Of a stretch of 64,000 nucleotides of DNA, positions 1-9,525 are shown piece by piece. The first letter of the stretch is position 1. Every line of letters starts with the position of its first letter. A program made the position numbers and the translations under genes. The DNA lies in assembly GCA_039189765.1 (NCBI GenBank), contig JBCCYL010000008.1, forward strand, positions 64,001-128,000. Reading direction: 5' to 3'. A model generated the notes under the pieces. The model did not search any database. It was not told where the DNA came from and saw nothing but the letters and a program-made list of their open reading frames with translations. The DNA is from Cyanobacteria bacterium P01_F01_bin.150. GTDB lineage: Bacteria; Cyanobacteriota; Cyanobacteriia; CAKZMO01.

Positions 1-2
1 TC

Positions 3-323
3 AAGAGAGCAGTCCATTCTCTCCTTAAAGCCTACGACACTATTCTTGACCTAAACATCAACAAAGATAAAATTAAAGGACGCTACAAAGTTTCAGCAGA
101 AGACCTCAATCAATTAGGCAGCGTTGACGATCTGCAACCGAATACCATTCGATCACTTTTAGATTCTTCTACGTTTGTGGCAAAAGGAGCGGCAACGTTT
201 AATTTCGGAGATGAAACGTTTCTTGCGTTGAATGATAAAGCTGACGGTTTTCAAGCAAAATCCGATGCGATCATTAAAATTACGGGCTACATCGGCAATT
301 TAGATAACCTGAATATCTTTTAA
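3..323 (+). CDS. 3' end of a bluetail-domain surface protein (5'-partial)
   Basis: Manual translation of frame 3 gives ...AYDTILDLNINKDKI...GAATFNFGDETFLALNDKADGFQAKSDAIIKITGYIGNLDNLNIF*, resembling the cyanobacterial bluetail C-terminal domain; TAA at 321-323. Confidence 0.75.
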   Translation, partial: KRAVHSLLKAYDTILDLNINKDKIKGRYKVSAEDLNQLGSVDDLQPNTIRSLLDSSTFVAKGAATFNFGDETFLALNDKADGFQAKSDAIIKITGYIGNLDNLNIF

Positions 324-333
324 ACTCTGCATC

Positions 334-395
334 GGACGCGGCAACCGCTCCTCTACAGGATATTTCGCTACGGTAGGGGTCGGGTTTCCGGCCCC
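334..395. repeat. Inverted pair of GTAG-type REP-like palindromes
   Basis: GTAGGGGTCGGGTTTCCGGCCCC (373-395, +) and GTAGAGGAGCGGTTGCCGCGTCC (334-356, -) lie between convergent genes. Confidence 0.55.
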
Positions 396-476
396 AAGAT
401 TGCATAGGAACTTCAGATCGATCTGCCATTTACTGAAAGATCTAGGGTCGATTTCAGAATAGCTCTGGAAACGCCT

Positions 477-2096
477 TCAAATGAAAGACGCTTCAGTAAT
501 CTGGCTCGCTGCAATTCCAATTAGAGTGGCCAGTTTACTGTTACCGCTGGTGATCAGTGTGCTGCCATTGCGATTTTCAAAGGTTAGATTTTCAAAGGTT
601 AAACTGCCCGATAGCTCTAGCTGATCCTGCTTGAGGTTAAAGTCTGTAATTCGATCAATTCCCGCTTTGGCTTCAAGGACAAAAATATCAGAACCGCCGC
701 CCCCTCTAAGCACATCAGAACCGCCACCGCCCGTCAAACGATCCTCTCCACCCTGGCCTAGTAAGGTATCGCGACCGCCGCCGCCGTTTAGCAAGTCATT
801 ACCACCACCGCCCACAAGGCGATCGCGACCACCGCTGCCATTTAATACATCATCACCACCATTGCCAAAGAGGCGATCGCTTCCCCCTGAGCCGTTAAGA
901 ATATCATCACCGCCATTGCCCCGTAATGTATCGGCTCCAGCTCCACCAATCAAGGTATCAACCCCAGGGCCGCCTTTGAGGGTATCTTGGCCCCCATCCC
1001 CCCACAACTCATCATCTCCAGCTTCGCCGAAGAGACTATCGTTCCCTTTTCCACCGCTTACTTGATCATCTCCGGCTCCGGCCCGAACCACATCATTACC
1101 CGCCAAGGCATCAAATATATCAATGCCATCCGTTCCTAAAACGAAGTCATCGCTATCTAGAAACTGAGAATTGCCAGGAATCGTTGGATCTTGAGGCGTT
1201 GGGTCTTGGATATCCGGATCTTGGCCATCTGGATCTTGGCCATCTGGATCTTGGGGCGGCGGCTGAGGAACAGGCTCTGGATTAGGATTGTCATTATCAA
1301 CAATCAGTAAAGTGGCACTGGCTTGAGATCCAACAATGCCTTCCCCATCAATACTATTTAGGGCCAAGACAACGGTTTCATTGGATTCACTTAAACCATC
1401 ATCGATGATCACAACAGAGACGGTGGCGGTTGTTTGTCCCTCGGCAAAAACAATGGTTGATTGAGACGTAGCAGCATAGTCATCATCACCAGCTGTTCCA
1501 TTACTGATATTGATAGTTACGGCTGTTTGTCCCGTTATTCCCCCTGTACGTACGACCGTAACTGTTGCCGTACCGCTGTCTTCATTAACATTAAAACTTC
1601 CACTGCTGAACCCCAGTGCTCCTGTAAAAATAGGGGTAAAAACTAGGCTATCTAACCGTGCAACTTCATTGCCATTCCGAGTCCCAGTAAAAACAATAGA
1701 ATCGTCTGAATTTACTGGTACATTATTAAATGTAACGCTACGCCTATTAGTAGCAGTAATACCATTTTGACCCAAGTCCTGATTATAGGAAATCGACGGT
1801 AGAGTATTGGAGCCAATACGTAATGTCCCAGTCGACTGACCATCGCTTTCTTCAAAAATATTTGCAGTAATGGTGTATAGACCTGTTTCACCATCAACAT
1901 CACTAAAATTCCCTCTGGCAGTTCCTTCTGCTCCCTGAGTAGTCGTTCTCCTGAGCCGGATTAAATCACCGCCCGATGCAAATGGGAGAAGGGCTGGAGA
2001 CAAATTTTCTCGTATCCTATCGTCACTTTCTTTTTCATAATTAGCAGACAAGGTCAAGTTTTCTGCTTCAAGCGTAATAGGATTTAAAATAGCCAT
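477..2096 (-). CDS. Secreted RTX-repeat Ca-binding protein with CBM-like N-terminus and Calx-beta domain
   Basis: ITLEAENLTL start; Calx-beta motif FNVNEDSGTATVTVVRTGG...IIDDGLSESNETV; QDPxx linker; many GGxGxDxL nonapeptides; DRITDF C-terminal motif. Confidence 0.85.
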   Translation of the reverse strand: MAILNPITLEAENLTLSANYEKESDDRIRENLSPALLPFASGGDLIRLRRTTTQGAEGTARGNFSDVDGETGLYTITANIFEESDGQSTGTLRIGSNTLPSISYNQDLGQNGITATNRRSVTFNNVPVNSDDSIVFTGTRNGNEVARLDSLVFTPIFTGALGFSSGSFNVNEDSGTATVTVVRTGGITGQTAVTINISNGTAGDDDYAATSQSTIVFAEGQTTATVSVVIIDDGLSESNETVVLALNSIDGEGIVGSQASATLLIVDNDNPNPEPVPQPPPQDPDGQDPDGQDPDIQDPTPQDPTIPGNSQFLDSDDFVLGTDGIDIFDALAGNDVVRAGAGDDQVSGGKGNDSLFGEAGDDELWGDGGQDTLKGGPGVDTLIGGAGADTLRGNGGDDILNGSGGSDRLFGNGGDDVLNGSGGRDRLVGGGGNDLLNGGGGRDTLLGQGGEDRLTGGGGSDVLRGGGGSDIFVLEAKAGIDRITDFNLKQDQLELSGSLTFENLTFENRNGSTLITSGNSKLATLIGIAASQITEASFI

Positions 2097-2374
2097 GTTG
2101 CAGCTCTCAATATGTCAATCAATAAAGTAGTCAACCGTTGATTTAGCAAGGCACACGGTCAACTGAGTAAATCCGAAAATTATGTTTATACTCAGCTCAG
2201 GCTATCAGACCCATCAGCAAATTCACTAGTGGTCATGACAATCTTTATAGTTTCTTGTATTAAGAATGACAGCACATATCCAAAAGGCTTAAATAATTAA
2301 GATTTAGGTTAAGATACCAAGCAAATTCTGCACAATTGTCAAATCGTAGATTGCACCATCTTCAAGCGTGAACA

Positions 2375-2454
2375 GAGTTTCGTTTTAAGGCGAAATAAAA
2401 TCAAGGGTAGTGTGGGCACGGAGCACCCACACTACCCGCCTAAAGTTGATACCC
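2375..2454 (+). mobile_element. 80-bp palindromic dispersed element, family A, copy 1
   Basis: Ends GAGTTTCGTTTTAAGGCG...CCGCCTAAAGTTGATACCC; perfect 12-bp stem GGGTAGTGTGGG/CCCACACTACCC. Confidence 0.75.
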
Positions 2455-2511
2455 TGTACCCTAAAGTTGATAATCTGATTTAGAAGCATGAGATATTGAG
2501 TACGGTTAATA

Positions 2512-3003
2512 ATGAAAAACATATATGCGCGTTGGTTAGAGGTCGCTTCCTTAAATCAGAAGGCGATCGCCTTTCTACTCATCACTACCATTACTGTTTG
2601 GGGGATTGGTCTAGGATTCAGTACCTCCGCTCTGGCAGATACGGAGCGATCGAGTGCACCAGATGGAGCAGAGGCTTACATTATTTCCCCTGCAGGAGGG
2701 GCTGAAGTCGCTTCTCCTGTGACGATACAGTTTGGGCTATCAGGAATGGGAGTTGCTCCCGCAGGGATCGATATTAAGAATACGGGCCACCACCACTTAC
2801 TAATTGATGTGGCCGACCAACCCGATCTCGATCAACCACTACCTGCGACTAATAACATTAAGCATTTTGGAGCCGGTCAAACCGAAACAGCCATTTCGCT
2901 CGATGCAGGCTCACACACCCTTCAGCTACTGCTGGGCAACTATGCTCATATTCCCCACGATAAACCGGTCACATCTGAACCGATTACTATTACGGTGAAG
3001 TAG
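2512..3003 (+). CDS. DUF4399 domain exported protein
   Basis: Signal peptide; AYIISP...FGLSGMGVAPAG...GHHHLLID...HFGAGQTE...HTLQLLLGN..HIPH. Confidence 0.85.
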   Translation: MKNIYARWLEVASLNQKAIAFLLITTITVWGIGLGFSTSALADTERSSAPDGAEAYIISPAGGAEVASPVTIQFGLSGMGVAPAGIDIKNTGHHHLLIDVADQPDLDQPLPATNNIKHFGAGQTETAISLDAGSHTLQLLLGNYAHIPHDKPVTSEPITITVK

Positions 3004-3209
3004 TACAAAGCATTACTAATGTACCCTTGGTATGAGGGAGTTGCGGGAAAATGACATACCAATGTTGAGTAGGATAGGCAAAATGAACTTTTGCCCATCA
3101 GCTAAGCGTTAGGATGGGCACGTCCTTATGTCCTTTGCCCATCCTAACTTCTAGTACCTTATTTCTTTGCAAATCCCTAAACGTAGTTACTAGCGGTAGG
3201 TTATTCGAA

Positions 3210-4580
3210 ATGAGCCATCGTTCACGTATCGTTCTTGAAGCGCTTAAGCAACATAATGCTAATCTGACCAGGGAAGAGCGAGCGAGTAAATATGGAAAAA
3301 TGGCTCAATCCCCATTTCGCTTTTACAGGGGAACAAACCACCTATTCTGGTCTGACTTTAGTCAAGATAAACGACTTCAACAATTTAGCTCTCAAAGAAC
3401 TCGAATTTGGCTGCAAGGCGACCTCCACACAGAAAATTATGGGGCTTATGGCAATGATGATGGCCATGTCGTCTACAGCCTCAACGATTTTGATGATTCA
3501 GTGGTCGCTGATTATCAATTTGATATATGGCGCATGGCCATCAGTATTGTGCTAGTTGCACGTCAATCGATCACTCGTTCATTTTCTAAGAAAAATATTG
3601 AACAAATTCTTGAAGCATTTGTAGAAGAATATTTAGAGACTTTAGATCATCATCGCGGTCAGCGTAGCGAACATCGGTTAACGTTTACTGGAAATGTTTT
3701 AACGGAACATCTCAATGAGTTTTTAGAAAAGGTGGATAATCGTTCCACCCTAAAGCAGTTTCTGAATCAGTGGACCATTCTAACCACCGATGAAAAAAAT
3801 TCTAGAAAGATTAGCAGCAAGAATGGCACGGAACGACGGCGATTTAACTATGGAAAATTGCCCCATAAGTTAGCGCCTGTTACCAAACCAGAATGGGACG
3901 CAATCGCTAATCAAATGGCACAATATGGCACCACGCTCAAAGGCAAGATTGATTACAACCCCCACCACTTTGAGATTCAAGATATTGCTCAACGCATTAA
4001 TGCAGGCACGGGATCACTGGGTGCAAGGCGGTATTATGTCCTTATATCTGATGGAGATAAAAGCCCTCTAACAGAGCGAATTTTAGATATTAAACATCAA
4101 ATGGAACCCACTCCCTTCTTACACATGAAGGAAGGCGATCGCCAAACCTATAATCAGGTATTTGGTAACAATCATGCTTTACGCCATGCAACCGCTTATC
4201 GAGCATTAACGAACAGTACAGATGATTATTTAGGCTGGATGTATCTTAAAGATCTTCCAGACCACGTTTCTGGATATTTCTCGGTACGAGAGCTTTCGCC
4301 CTACAAACGTTCGTTTGATGCGACTAAGATTTCTACGCTCAAAATCTTTAAGGATGTTTCGAAAAACTGGGGCACCATTCTGGCCACAGCTCATTCCCGT
4401 GCCGATAAAGATTTCGATTCTACCTTTATTGATTATTCTTTTGATAAGCAGGTTGATAAAATCGTCAAAAATCATCATGACGATTTTTGTAGACTGGTGA
4501 AAACAATTGCTCTTCCCTATGCCGATCAAGTGGAGAGTGACTGGCAAACATTTATAGATTCCAAGCTGATAAATGAGTAG
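3210..4580 (+). CDS. DUF2252 family protein (kinase-like fold)
   Basis: KMAQSPFRFYRGT, GDLHTENYG, NDFDD, GTGSLG.RRYYVL, LATAHSR motifs; start chosen at MSHRS (3210). Confidence 0.85.
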   Translation: MSHRSRIVLEALKQHNANLTREERASKYGKMAQSPFRFYRGTNHLFWSDFSQDKRLQQFSSQRTRIWLQGDLHTENYGAYGNDDGHVVYSLNDFDDSVVADYQFDIWRMAISIVLVARQSITRSFSKKNIEQILEAFVEEYLETLDHHRGQRSEHRLTFTGNVLTEHLNEFLEKVDNRSTLKQFLNQWTILTTDEKNSRKISSKNGTERRRFNYGKLPHKLAPVTKPEWDAIANQMAQYGTTLKGKIDYNPHHFEIQDIAQRINAGTGSLGARRYYVLISDGDKSPLTERILDIKHQMEPTPFLHMKEGDRQTYNQVFGNNHALRHATAYRALTNSTDDYLGWMYLKDLPDHVSGYFSVRELSPYKRSFDATKISTLKIFKDVSKNWGTILATAHSRADKDFDSTFIDYSFDKQVDKIVKNHHDDFCRLVKTIALPYADQVESDWQTFIDSKLINE

Positions 4581-4771
4581 TCAATCCAGAAAAAAGTCTA
4601 GCAAGATTGATCTTATCCATTAGAACTACGTCGTTCTGCCCAGACTAAAATGCCAAGGGCGATCGCCGTAATTACAACAGATCCTGATAGGGCAACAAAA
4701 ATTTTCCACCAAGTTAGTTGAGCCAGAATTATCTGGCCCATTTCCTGCAATATCTCTAGCATCTTCAGGCT

Positions 4772-5179
4772 TTATTCTTCGTCTTCATCTTCACTACCAA
4801 GCTGTTTAAGATGAATATGCTTTCGTCCCAAAGAAATAATAAATTCATCTCCTGGTTTGAGATCCATTTTTTTAGTGTAGGCGGAGCCAATCAGCAAATT
4901 GCCATTTGATTGGACTGTAATCCGATAGCTAGCATTACGGCCACCACGTCCATTTCCAGTATTACGGCTATCGAGTTGAATATCTTCCGCATCAAGCAGC
5001 GCATTCATATACTTCATAAGATTAACGCGCTCAACACCGCTCTTAGTGACTGTAAAGTAGCCACAAGCTTTTGCCTTTTCTTCCTTCGTTAAGTCACCCA
5101 GCTCCTTGATCTTGTCTAGCAGCTCCTGACCTACCAGTTGCTCTATTTTTTTTGCTTTTGTTGCTTTCTTTCTTGCCAT
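4772..5179 (-). CDS. Cyanobacterial AbrB-family regulator (cyAbrB)
   Basis: AKACGY...YRITVQSNGNLLIGSAYT..MDLKPGDEF.I.LGRKHIHL. Confidence 0.93.
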   Translation of the reverse strand: MARKKATKAKKIEQLVGQELLDKIKELGDLTKEEKAKACGYFTVTKSGVERVNLMKYMNALLDAEDIQLDSRNTGNGRGGRNASYRITVQSNGNLLIGSAYTKKMDLKPGDEFIISLGRKHIHLKQLGSEDEDEE

Positions 5180-5292
5180 TAAACGTAATGCCTAGAATAC
5201 TCTACAGAATACTTGTACAGGGTATCAACTTTAAAAGGTGAGTCCACATCACTCGTAGTATCTTTAATTTCGTTTTACATCATACCGAATCC

Positions 5293-5367
5293 GGATTCCA
5301 ACTTAAGGCGGAACAAGCTTGTAGAAAATTGGGACGTATCCCAATTTTCTACCTTAAGTTAATACTC
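5293..5367 (+). mobile_element. Family-A-like element with a different, AT-rich hairpin
   Basis: Ends ...CCAACTTAAGGCGG / CCTTAAGTTAATACTC; perfect 14-bp stem GTAGAAAATTGGGA/TCCCAATTTTCTAC (5321-5352). Confidence 0.55.
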
Positions 5368-5927
5368 CATAACGAATCCCTTTGTACAAGAGACAAAGAT
5401 AAATACTACTTTGATCATTAGGATGATCATACATAACAAGTTTAATCATCTTACACTAATCAGACTCGATTTTTCATCGAAGTTCATATTATATTTCTTG
5501 GATTTTGATTTGTGTTTTGAGACTCTGTTGCAGCATTCAGAATGCGCTAAATTCATCGCTGTAGAATTTTTAACCTCTCTAGATTTATTTCTTTTTTATA
5601 ATCGACAGACCGTATGAGAAGTTATTACTAACCCGATTTGTTCTCTTTGCTGAGTTTTCTATCAAAAGACTTACATCCCATACATACCAATGAATTAAAG
5701 ACCTTGAAACTATATTGTAAAAGATGCAGCTTAGCTAGAATAAGCCCTTAATCTAGCTAAATTAGCCATGGTCACACCCCATTGAATCCATAGCTGTGAA
5801 ATTATGTAAATAATTTGTATTTTAAGGCAAGATATTGGGGTTCAGAGCGCTCCGCTATTTTCCTCAATTCTTCTCGCCCTGAGTTTTAAGTCGTGTAAAT
5901 ACTATAAATATAGAATTAGCTCTACCC

Positions 5928-6371
5928 ATGAAACTTACCACTCGTGGCTACTATAGTGTAAAAGCCCTGCTAGATTTAAGTCTGCAGCCTGATGGTAGTC
6001 CATCCTCAGTGAAAGCGATTGCAAAACGCCAAAATTTGCCTGCACCCTATTTGGAGAAATTGCTGATTAAACTGAGACAGGCTGATATTGTTGTCTCCAT
6101 TCGAGGTGCGCATGGAGGATATAAATTAGCGCGATCGCCTCATCAGATTTCTTTTGGTCAAATTTTAGAGGCTGTCGGTGAAACGATAAAACCACTCCCA
6201 GTTTCTTCGCTGCTTGAAACAAATGCAGAAGATTGGGTGACAAAAATGGTTTGGCAGCGACTCAATCAAAAAATGAAATCGGCAATGTATGAGATTTCTT
6301 TAGAAGATTTATATTACGATGCTAGAAGCTGGCAAGCAGCCCAGGGAGAAGCAACGAGTTTTATCGTTTAA
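5928..6371 (+). CDS. Rrf2-family transcriptional regulator (Cys-less)
   Basis: MKLTTRG.YSVKALLDL, YLEKLL..LR, S.RGAHGGY.LAR; no cysteines. Confidence 0.9.
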   Translation: MKLTTRGYYSVKALLDLSLQPDGSPSSVKAIAKRQNLPAPYLEKLLIKLRQADIVVSIRGAHGGYKLARSPHQISFGQILEAVGETIKPLPVSSLLETNAEDWVTKMVWQRLNQKMKSAMYEISLEDLYYDARSWQAAQGEATSFIV

Positions 6372-6400
6372 AGTCACACATTAAACAGATAACTCATAGA

Positions 6401-6769
6401 TTAAAGGGGCAGATTAATCTGACGACTCGTCTCACTAAATGCCCGAAAATGTTGAGCCTGTTGTTCAATGCGTGTGGCAAGGCGATCGCAGACTAAACCA
6501 CATAGTTCAAAACTTAATTCATCTTCTACTCGATAGTAGGCCGACGTTCCTTCAGTCCTACGCTGTACGATACCGGCTTGAAGCATTACTTTAAGATGCT
6601 TAGACACATTTGCCTGGCTGGTTTCCGTTTCAGAAACCAGGTCTTGAACACACTTTTCCTGATCCCTTAGAAGATGCAAAAGGCGAAGACGCATAGGTTC
6701 TCCCAACACACTAAAATATTCAGCAAGCTGTTGTACGACTTCCGGAGAAACTGATGGGGTAGACTCCAT
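6401..6769 (-). CDS. ArsR/SmtB family regulator
   Basis: FSVLGEPMRLRLL..L, SQANVSKHLKVM..AGIV.RR.EG; likely start MESTP at 6769. Confidence 0.9.
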   Translation of the reverse strand: MESTPSVSPEVVQQLAEYFSVLGEPMRLRLLHLLRDQEKCVQDLVSETETSQANVSKHLKVMLQAGIVQRRTEGTSAYYRVEDELSFELCGLVCDRLATRIEQQAQHFRAFSETSRQINLPL

Positions 6770-7102
6770 ATAGATGCTCTTGTAAACGAAAACAAAAGTA
6801 TAGTGGCTTGGCATGCAAGAAAAACGTGGGGGCTATCATATTTGACGAATCATTTAAGATAGACAAGGTCTAGCATGATTGCGAGGCATTGATGAACACC
6901 CCATAATAACGACTTAAAAGCTAAGCCAGCACAAGCCGCAATGATTTATGTATAACAATAGAGTTATATGTGGTCAAATGCACAGGGAGGCACACCCCTA
7001 ACATTGCGATTTGCTACGGTTATGACCTTTGATTTCTCTTTTTACAGTTCATCAGCACTAAACTAAGGGAGACTCATTTTTAAGCGTTCATAAGAATTAG
7101 GC

Positions 7103-7576
7103 ATGGTTCAATATACACTCGCCCAATGTCCAGAAGTCACTCTCTCTATTACCGGTAAAGATTCCAAAAAAGCCCGTGAAAAAGCCTTAGATCAGCTTAT
7201 TGAGCTGATGGATGCGGGCCAATTGCCCGTAGATCTGTCGGAAGGCTTTGGCCCCCAGCAACTGATTGAAGTCAAGTCGCAGGAACTAACGGTGGTAGAT
7301 GAAGAAGCGGCTGTCGTAGAAGCCGTACAAGTTCTAAATAACTTAGCAACATTAAAGCTTAAGGCCCAAAACCTACGAAATGGAGCGTTAGAGGTGCGAT
7401 CGCTGGTCGATTTGTTATTTACAGATGAACCGATTACTGAAGAGCAAATTGATCAGCTCAAAAAAGGATTTAAGGTGCTTAAGGACTTTGCCCAGGCTAA
7501 CCTTCGCTATCGGGCCGGTCGAAGTGAGGCAGAAGAGGCCCGTACAATCTTGGATGCAGCCCTAAAGAATGATTAG
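7103..7576 (+). CDS. Hypothetical protein (cyanobacterial)
   Basis: 157-aa helical ORF with ATG after an AGG; co-oriented with the DUF790 gene. Confidence 0.75.
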   Translation: MVQYTLAQCPEVTLSITGKDSKKAREKALDQLIELMDAGQLPVDLSEGFGPQQLIEVKSQELTVVDEEAAVVEAVQVLNNLATLKLKAQNLRNGALEVRSLVDLLFTDEPITEEQIDQLKKGFKVLKDFAQANLRYRAGRSEAEEARTILDAALKND

Positions 7577-7614
7577 AAAGACAGCTAAATAGCGTTTTAA
7601 CATAAGGAGAGATA

Positions 7615-8838
7615 ATGTTACCGTCTGACCTATTGGTCAACCGATTTTCAGGCGAAGAAATTGTGCCCAAGCGATCACCCCTCAATGATCAAACCTTGGC
7701 GATCGCGCAAGAAGTGATCGATATCTTCCAAGCACATCACCACTGTAAGCAGGGATTACTGAATCGACAGTTAAAAGAGCTAGAGGGTGAGCAAACGAAT
7801 TATCGCTTTAAACGAGGACTAGCTCACCTGCTTAAAAATAAGCGCTACAGCACGTTTGAAGTCGTTAGCCCCCTACCACCTCAGGAGTTACGGAAAAAAG
7901 TTTTTGCGATCGCGTCCAAAGCGGTACCACTACCAACGACAGCGCCTCAGACCTTACAAAAAGTGGCCGATGAGCTGAGTCAGGAACTTGACGATACGGT
8001 TTTATTAGAACAAGTCCGACAAGGGCTCTACGCGGATTTATCTGAGAATCACATCCTAACGGAGTTTGAAACACCCACATCGGAGGCGCTTTTACACCTC
8101 TATAATCTTTCCCAAGTCCAGGGAATCTTTTATAAGGCTAGCCATATTACGATTACAGCCCATCGAAACGATCCGGGAGAATATAAGTTACTCTTTCGCT
8201 ACCTAAAGCTCTTTGGCTTAATGGCCTATATTGAAGGCGACGCCGACCATGGCTTTACCATCACCATTGATGGCCCTACCAGCTTGTTCAAACCCAGCAC
8301 TCGCTATGGATTAGACATTGCTAAATTGATTCCTGCCCTCCTCCATGTGACAAAATGGAGTTTGAGAGCAGAGCTAAAAGTCCCAGATAAGTATAGCGAT
8401 CAGCCAAAAAATCGATATTTTAATCTGAATTCGACCTGTGGTTTGGTGAGCCATTATCCCCCAGGAAAACCCTATGACAGCATGTTAGAGTCGTCCTTTG
8501 TGGAACGATGGCAAAAGCAAAAAACGGAGTGGATGCTGGAACGGGAGGTCGATCTCATTCCCATTCCTGGCAGCGTGATGATTCCTGATTTTCGCCTTGT
8601 TCACCCCGACGGTCGCACTTATTTATTAGAAATTGTGGGCTACTGGCGACCCGAGTATTTACGTAAAAAGTTTTATCAGGTTCGTCAATCTGAACGAACT
8701 GACCTGATTCTAGCCATTTCAGAACGGCTAAATCTAGAAAAGGCAGGGGTTAACTTTGACGACACTCCAGCCAAATTAGTGTGGTTTAAAGACAAACTTC
8801 TACCGAAATCGGTCCTAAAACTATTGGAATCCCAGTAA
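7615..8838 (+). CDS. DUF790 family (Bax1-like) PD-(D/E)XK endonuclease
   Basis: MLPSDLL start, YNLSQVQGIFY, IDGPTSLF..STRYG, MIPDF...LEIVGYWRPEYL; AGGAG RBS. Confidence 0.9.
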   Translation: MLPSDLLVNRFSGEEIVPKRSPLNDQTLAIAQEVIDIFQAHHHCKQGLLNRQLKELEGEQTNYRFKRGLAHLLKNKRYSTFEVVSPLPPQELRKKVFAIASKAVPLPTTAPQTLQKVADELSQELDDTVLLEQVRQGLYADLSENHILTEFETPTSEALLHLYNLSQVQGIFYKASHITITAHRNDPGEYKLLFRYLKLFGLMAYIEGDADHGFTITIDGPTSLFKPSTRYGLDIAKLIPALLHVTKWSLRAELKVPDKYSDQPKNRYFNLNSTCGLVSHYPPGKPYDSMLESSFVERWQKQKTEWMLEREVDLIPIPGSVMIPDFRLVHPDGRTYLLEIVGYWRPEYLRKKFYQVRQSERTDLILAISERLNLEKAGVNFDDTPAKLVWFKDKLLPKSVLKLLESQ

Positions 8839-8856
8839 TTTTTTCAAATATACCTT

Positions 8857-9474
8857 TTACTTGGCGGAGAGGCGATCGCTTACTCGCCTTAGCACACCGT
8901 TGATAAATCGATGGCCATCGTGTTCGCTGTAGCGTTTCGCTAATTCCACCGCCTCATTAATCGCCACCTTCGGATCGAGTTCTAGATATTTCATCTCAGT
9001 CACTGCAATCCGCAGGATATCCTGATCAATACGGGCCAAACGACCCATCGTCCAATCCACCATAGAGTCATTGAGGTACTGATCAATTTCTTGGCGCTTC
9101 TTCAGCATATCAGTCAAAATATATAGGGTATATTCGCGGACATCCTTCAAATTAGCCCCTTGTAAAAGTTCTGGAATTTCCACCGAATTGCCCAAGCGAT
9201 TGATGGCCGATTGAGTGGCCTCAATTGCTTCTACGACCATCGCTTTAGCCGTAATTAAATCAGAGGAACGAGTTTCACTGGATAGCAACAAACTATTGCC
9301 CCGTTCTAATTCAGAGGAGGCGACCTCCAAGGTGTCTCGGATTTCTCCCGAAAGAGTACGGACCGCAGCAACAACTAAATCCTTCAGTTCCTGCTGTTCC
9401 AATTTCTGAAGATTACTAGGTACTTGACTCGCACTCAGCAAAGCCAGCTCACGAGAAATTCGACGGGGTTGCAT
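8857..9474 (-). CDS. nusB: Transcription antitermination factor NusB
   Basis: RRISRELAL, W...RL..ID..ILR.A..E, VAINEAVELAKRYS...FINGVL. Confidence 0.95.
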   Translation of the reverse strand: MQPRRISRELALLSASQVPSNLQKLEQQELKDLVVAAVRTLSGEIRDTLEVASSELERGNSLLLSSETRSSDLITAKAMVVEAIEATQSAINRLGNSVEIPELLQGANLKDVREYTLYILTDMLKKRQEIDQYLNDSMVDWTMGRLARIDQDILRIAVTEMKYLELDPKVAINEAVELAKRYSEHDGHRFINGVLRRVSDRLSAK

Positions 9475-9525
9475 AATAACTAAGCCTAAAACTTTACGGT
9501 ATCAGACCATCACAAGAGACTCCAT

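Noticed and set aside
631..1065. Proline-rich 144-aa ORF
   Set aside because: Antisense shadow of the Gly-rich RTX repeats; the other short overlapping ORFs in the track were likewise treated as shadows
5411..5617. Small ORFs in AT-rich intergenic regions (also 10699-11011 and 41269-41490)
   Set aside because: No RBS, recognisable motif or protein-like composition
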